A DNA stretch of 63,472 nucleotides, counting the filler, from Octopus bimaculoides (lineage: Eukaryota): the NCBI RefSeq assembly GCF_001194135.2. It is 8 parts of 8 records of this genome, joined end to end, with 100 filler letters (N's around TTAATTAATTAA, not from the genome) between each part and the next. Parts side by side here need not be neighbours in the genome. Positions count along the whole stretch, not along the records: positions 61,315 to 63,472 come from NC_068996.1; 7 more parts are not named here. One strand, written 5' to 3'. Of the stretch, positions 61,801 through 63,472 are shown piece after piece (within the stretch, counting starts at the first letter, position 1; the number at the start of each line of letters is the position of its first letter). A program made the translations under genes and the position numbers. A model generated the notes under the pieces. That model was not told where the DNA came from. It made no database searches and worked only from the letters and a program-made list of their open reading frames with translations.

Positions 61801-63029
61801 CACACATATATGTATGAATGCATGTATGTATGTGTGAGCATATATGTTTGCGTGTGTGAGTGGGTGTATAGTTACATACCCTCGTAAGTAAACGCACACG
61901 GATTTCTCTTCCTTTATTACCAACGTATGTAACTTTTATTTAATTGTACGGGTTGAAATCTATTTTTTGACAATTTTTGAAGTTCTGTTTTTCTTTCTTT
62001 CTTTCTGGTTCGGCTGTCTGGTTGCATGCACTTCTCTTTTTTCTCTTCAGTCAACTTTATCGTTCACTTTTCTTTCTCTGTTCCCACACACGCACTCACG
62101 CTTATACGTTCATGCAAACACACACACTCACATATATAGATATGTGTGTATACACACACACACACACACACACACGTGTATATGCATATATGTACATACA
62201 TTTAGCTGTATATACTCAGGCAACATGCGCAGTTATATACTGCTTTATACATTTATATGAGCAGACGACGTACATTTTATACCACACACAACATACAGAA
62301 CACCTGTGCAATTTCACATGTCCCACTCAACCTGTCTCTAAAGATCCTTTCAGTGCTTTTGTTCTTCCACCACCACCACCACCAAAACCAAAACCACCAC
62401 TGCCACCACCTCTTCTTCTTCTTCTTCTTCTTCTTTGTTTTTTGTTTGTTCTGTGTTTCTACTTATTTTTCTAGGACTTTATAAGGAAAGCTAATTCTCT
62501 AATTATCCAAGAACAAAGTAACCTTTTTTCCCGCGCTTTGTTCTCTCGTAATGGCTTCCTCGTCAGTTTGTTTTTAACCAGCTTTGTAGTTTTTTTCGCT
62601 TCGAATGCGGGACAACGTGTACATATGCAATTTACCTTTGCACCATTTCAACAGCCAGCACTTTTACACATGTAACACATATATGAATGTCATCTATTTT
62701 TTAGATTTTTCTATATTTTATTTAAATAATGTCTACGTTTCTATATCTATATTTTTTTTCGATGATGTTTCTTATTTTATATTGTCATTTTTTAAAAAAA
62801 TATTTTCTGTCATAAACTTTTGTTGCTGTTGCTGTTATAGATGTTTGTGTCGATTTGTTATTGTGCTGTTGTTGTTGTTTTTGCTGTAGTCGTTGTTGTT
62901 TGTCGTTTCGTTGTTGGTCATTTTTGTTGTTATACATTTCTATAATAATTCTCTCCTTGTTTATCTTCAAATATTGGGGATACTTGCTTTTCGTTTAGTT
63001 TTTAATCCTCAGCTGCATAATCACTAGCC

Positions 63030-63435
63030 CTATGATCGTCACTCTCACCATCACCATCACCATCACCACCATCATCATTACTACCACCACCTTCCCTACT
63101 ATCATCATCATCATCATCATCATCACCATCAGCCCTACGCTCATCACTATCATCACCATCACAACAACCATCACCCACCGTCGTCGTTGTCATCGTCGTC
63201 GTCGTCGTCGTCATCCTCCTCCTCCTCCTCCTCCTCCTCCTCTTCATCATCATCAACAACATCATTATCATTATCAATATTAATCATATTCATTATCATT
63301 ATCTTCATCATTGTCACCATCATCATCACCATCATTGTCGTCGCCATCGTCGTCGTCATCATCATCATCATCGTCATAGTCATCATCATCAACATCATCA
63401 CCATCACCATCACCACCATCACCTCCACGACCATC

Positions 63436-63467
<32 letters not shown>

Positions 63468-63472
63468 CATCA
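63030..63472. repeat. Compound (CAT/CAC/CGT/CCT)n array to window end
   Basis: Direct reading. Confidence 0.95.

Noticed and set aside
3565-62560. Other isolated CTGANGA heptamers (about 3299, 3565, 5906, 6167, 21960, 36110, 62555)
   Set aside because: No matching GAAA with a paired stem II.

Overview
AT-rich, microsatellite-saturated eukaryotic DNA with many N-gaps. The SINE families and protocadherin style point to an octopus genome (inference). Seven identical 100-nt spacers (44 N + TTAATTAATTAA + 44 N) cut the window into eight pieces of about 2-13 kb, so adjacency across them is not trustworthy. One host gene is supported: a minus-strand protocadherin in the 39972-51339 piece. It has a large ectodomain+TM exon (ATG 47417 to donor 45279, with a 795-N gap from EC3 to the last EC), an in-frame cytoplasmic exon at 44221-44071, and a probable non-coding first exon near 50556-50690. 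The rest is dead mobile DNA: a Ty3/gypsy element, a DD34D mariner, a DD37D (maT-type) element, Penelope-like fragments, mini-Helitron ends, a foldback element, many tRNA-derived SINEs and a tRNA-Glu pseudogene. The most striking observation is about 11 hammerhead-ribozyme-like motifs from several unrelated sequence families. Seven keep CUGANGA and GAAA, most sit next to Penelope-like remnants, and two face each other in a 350-bp inverted repeat. All folds and translations were done by eye and need computational confirmation.
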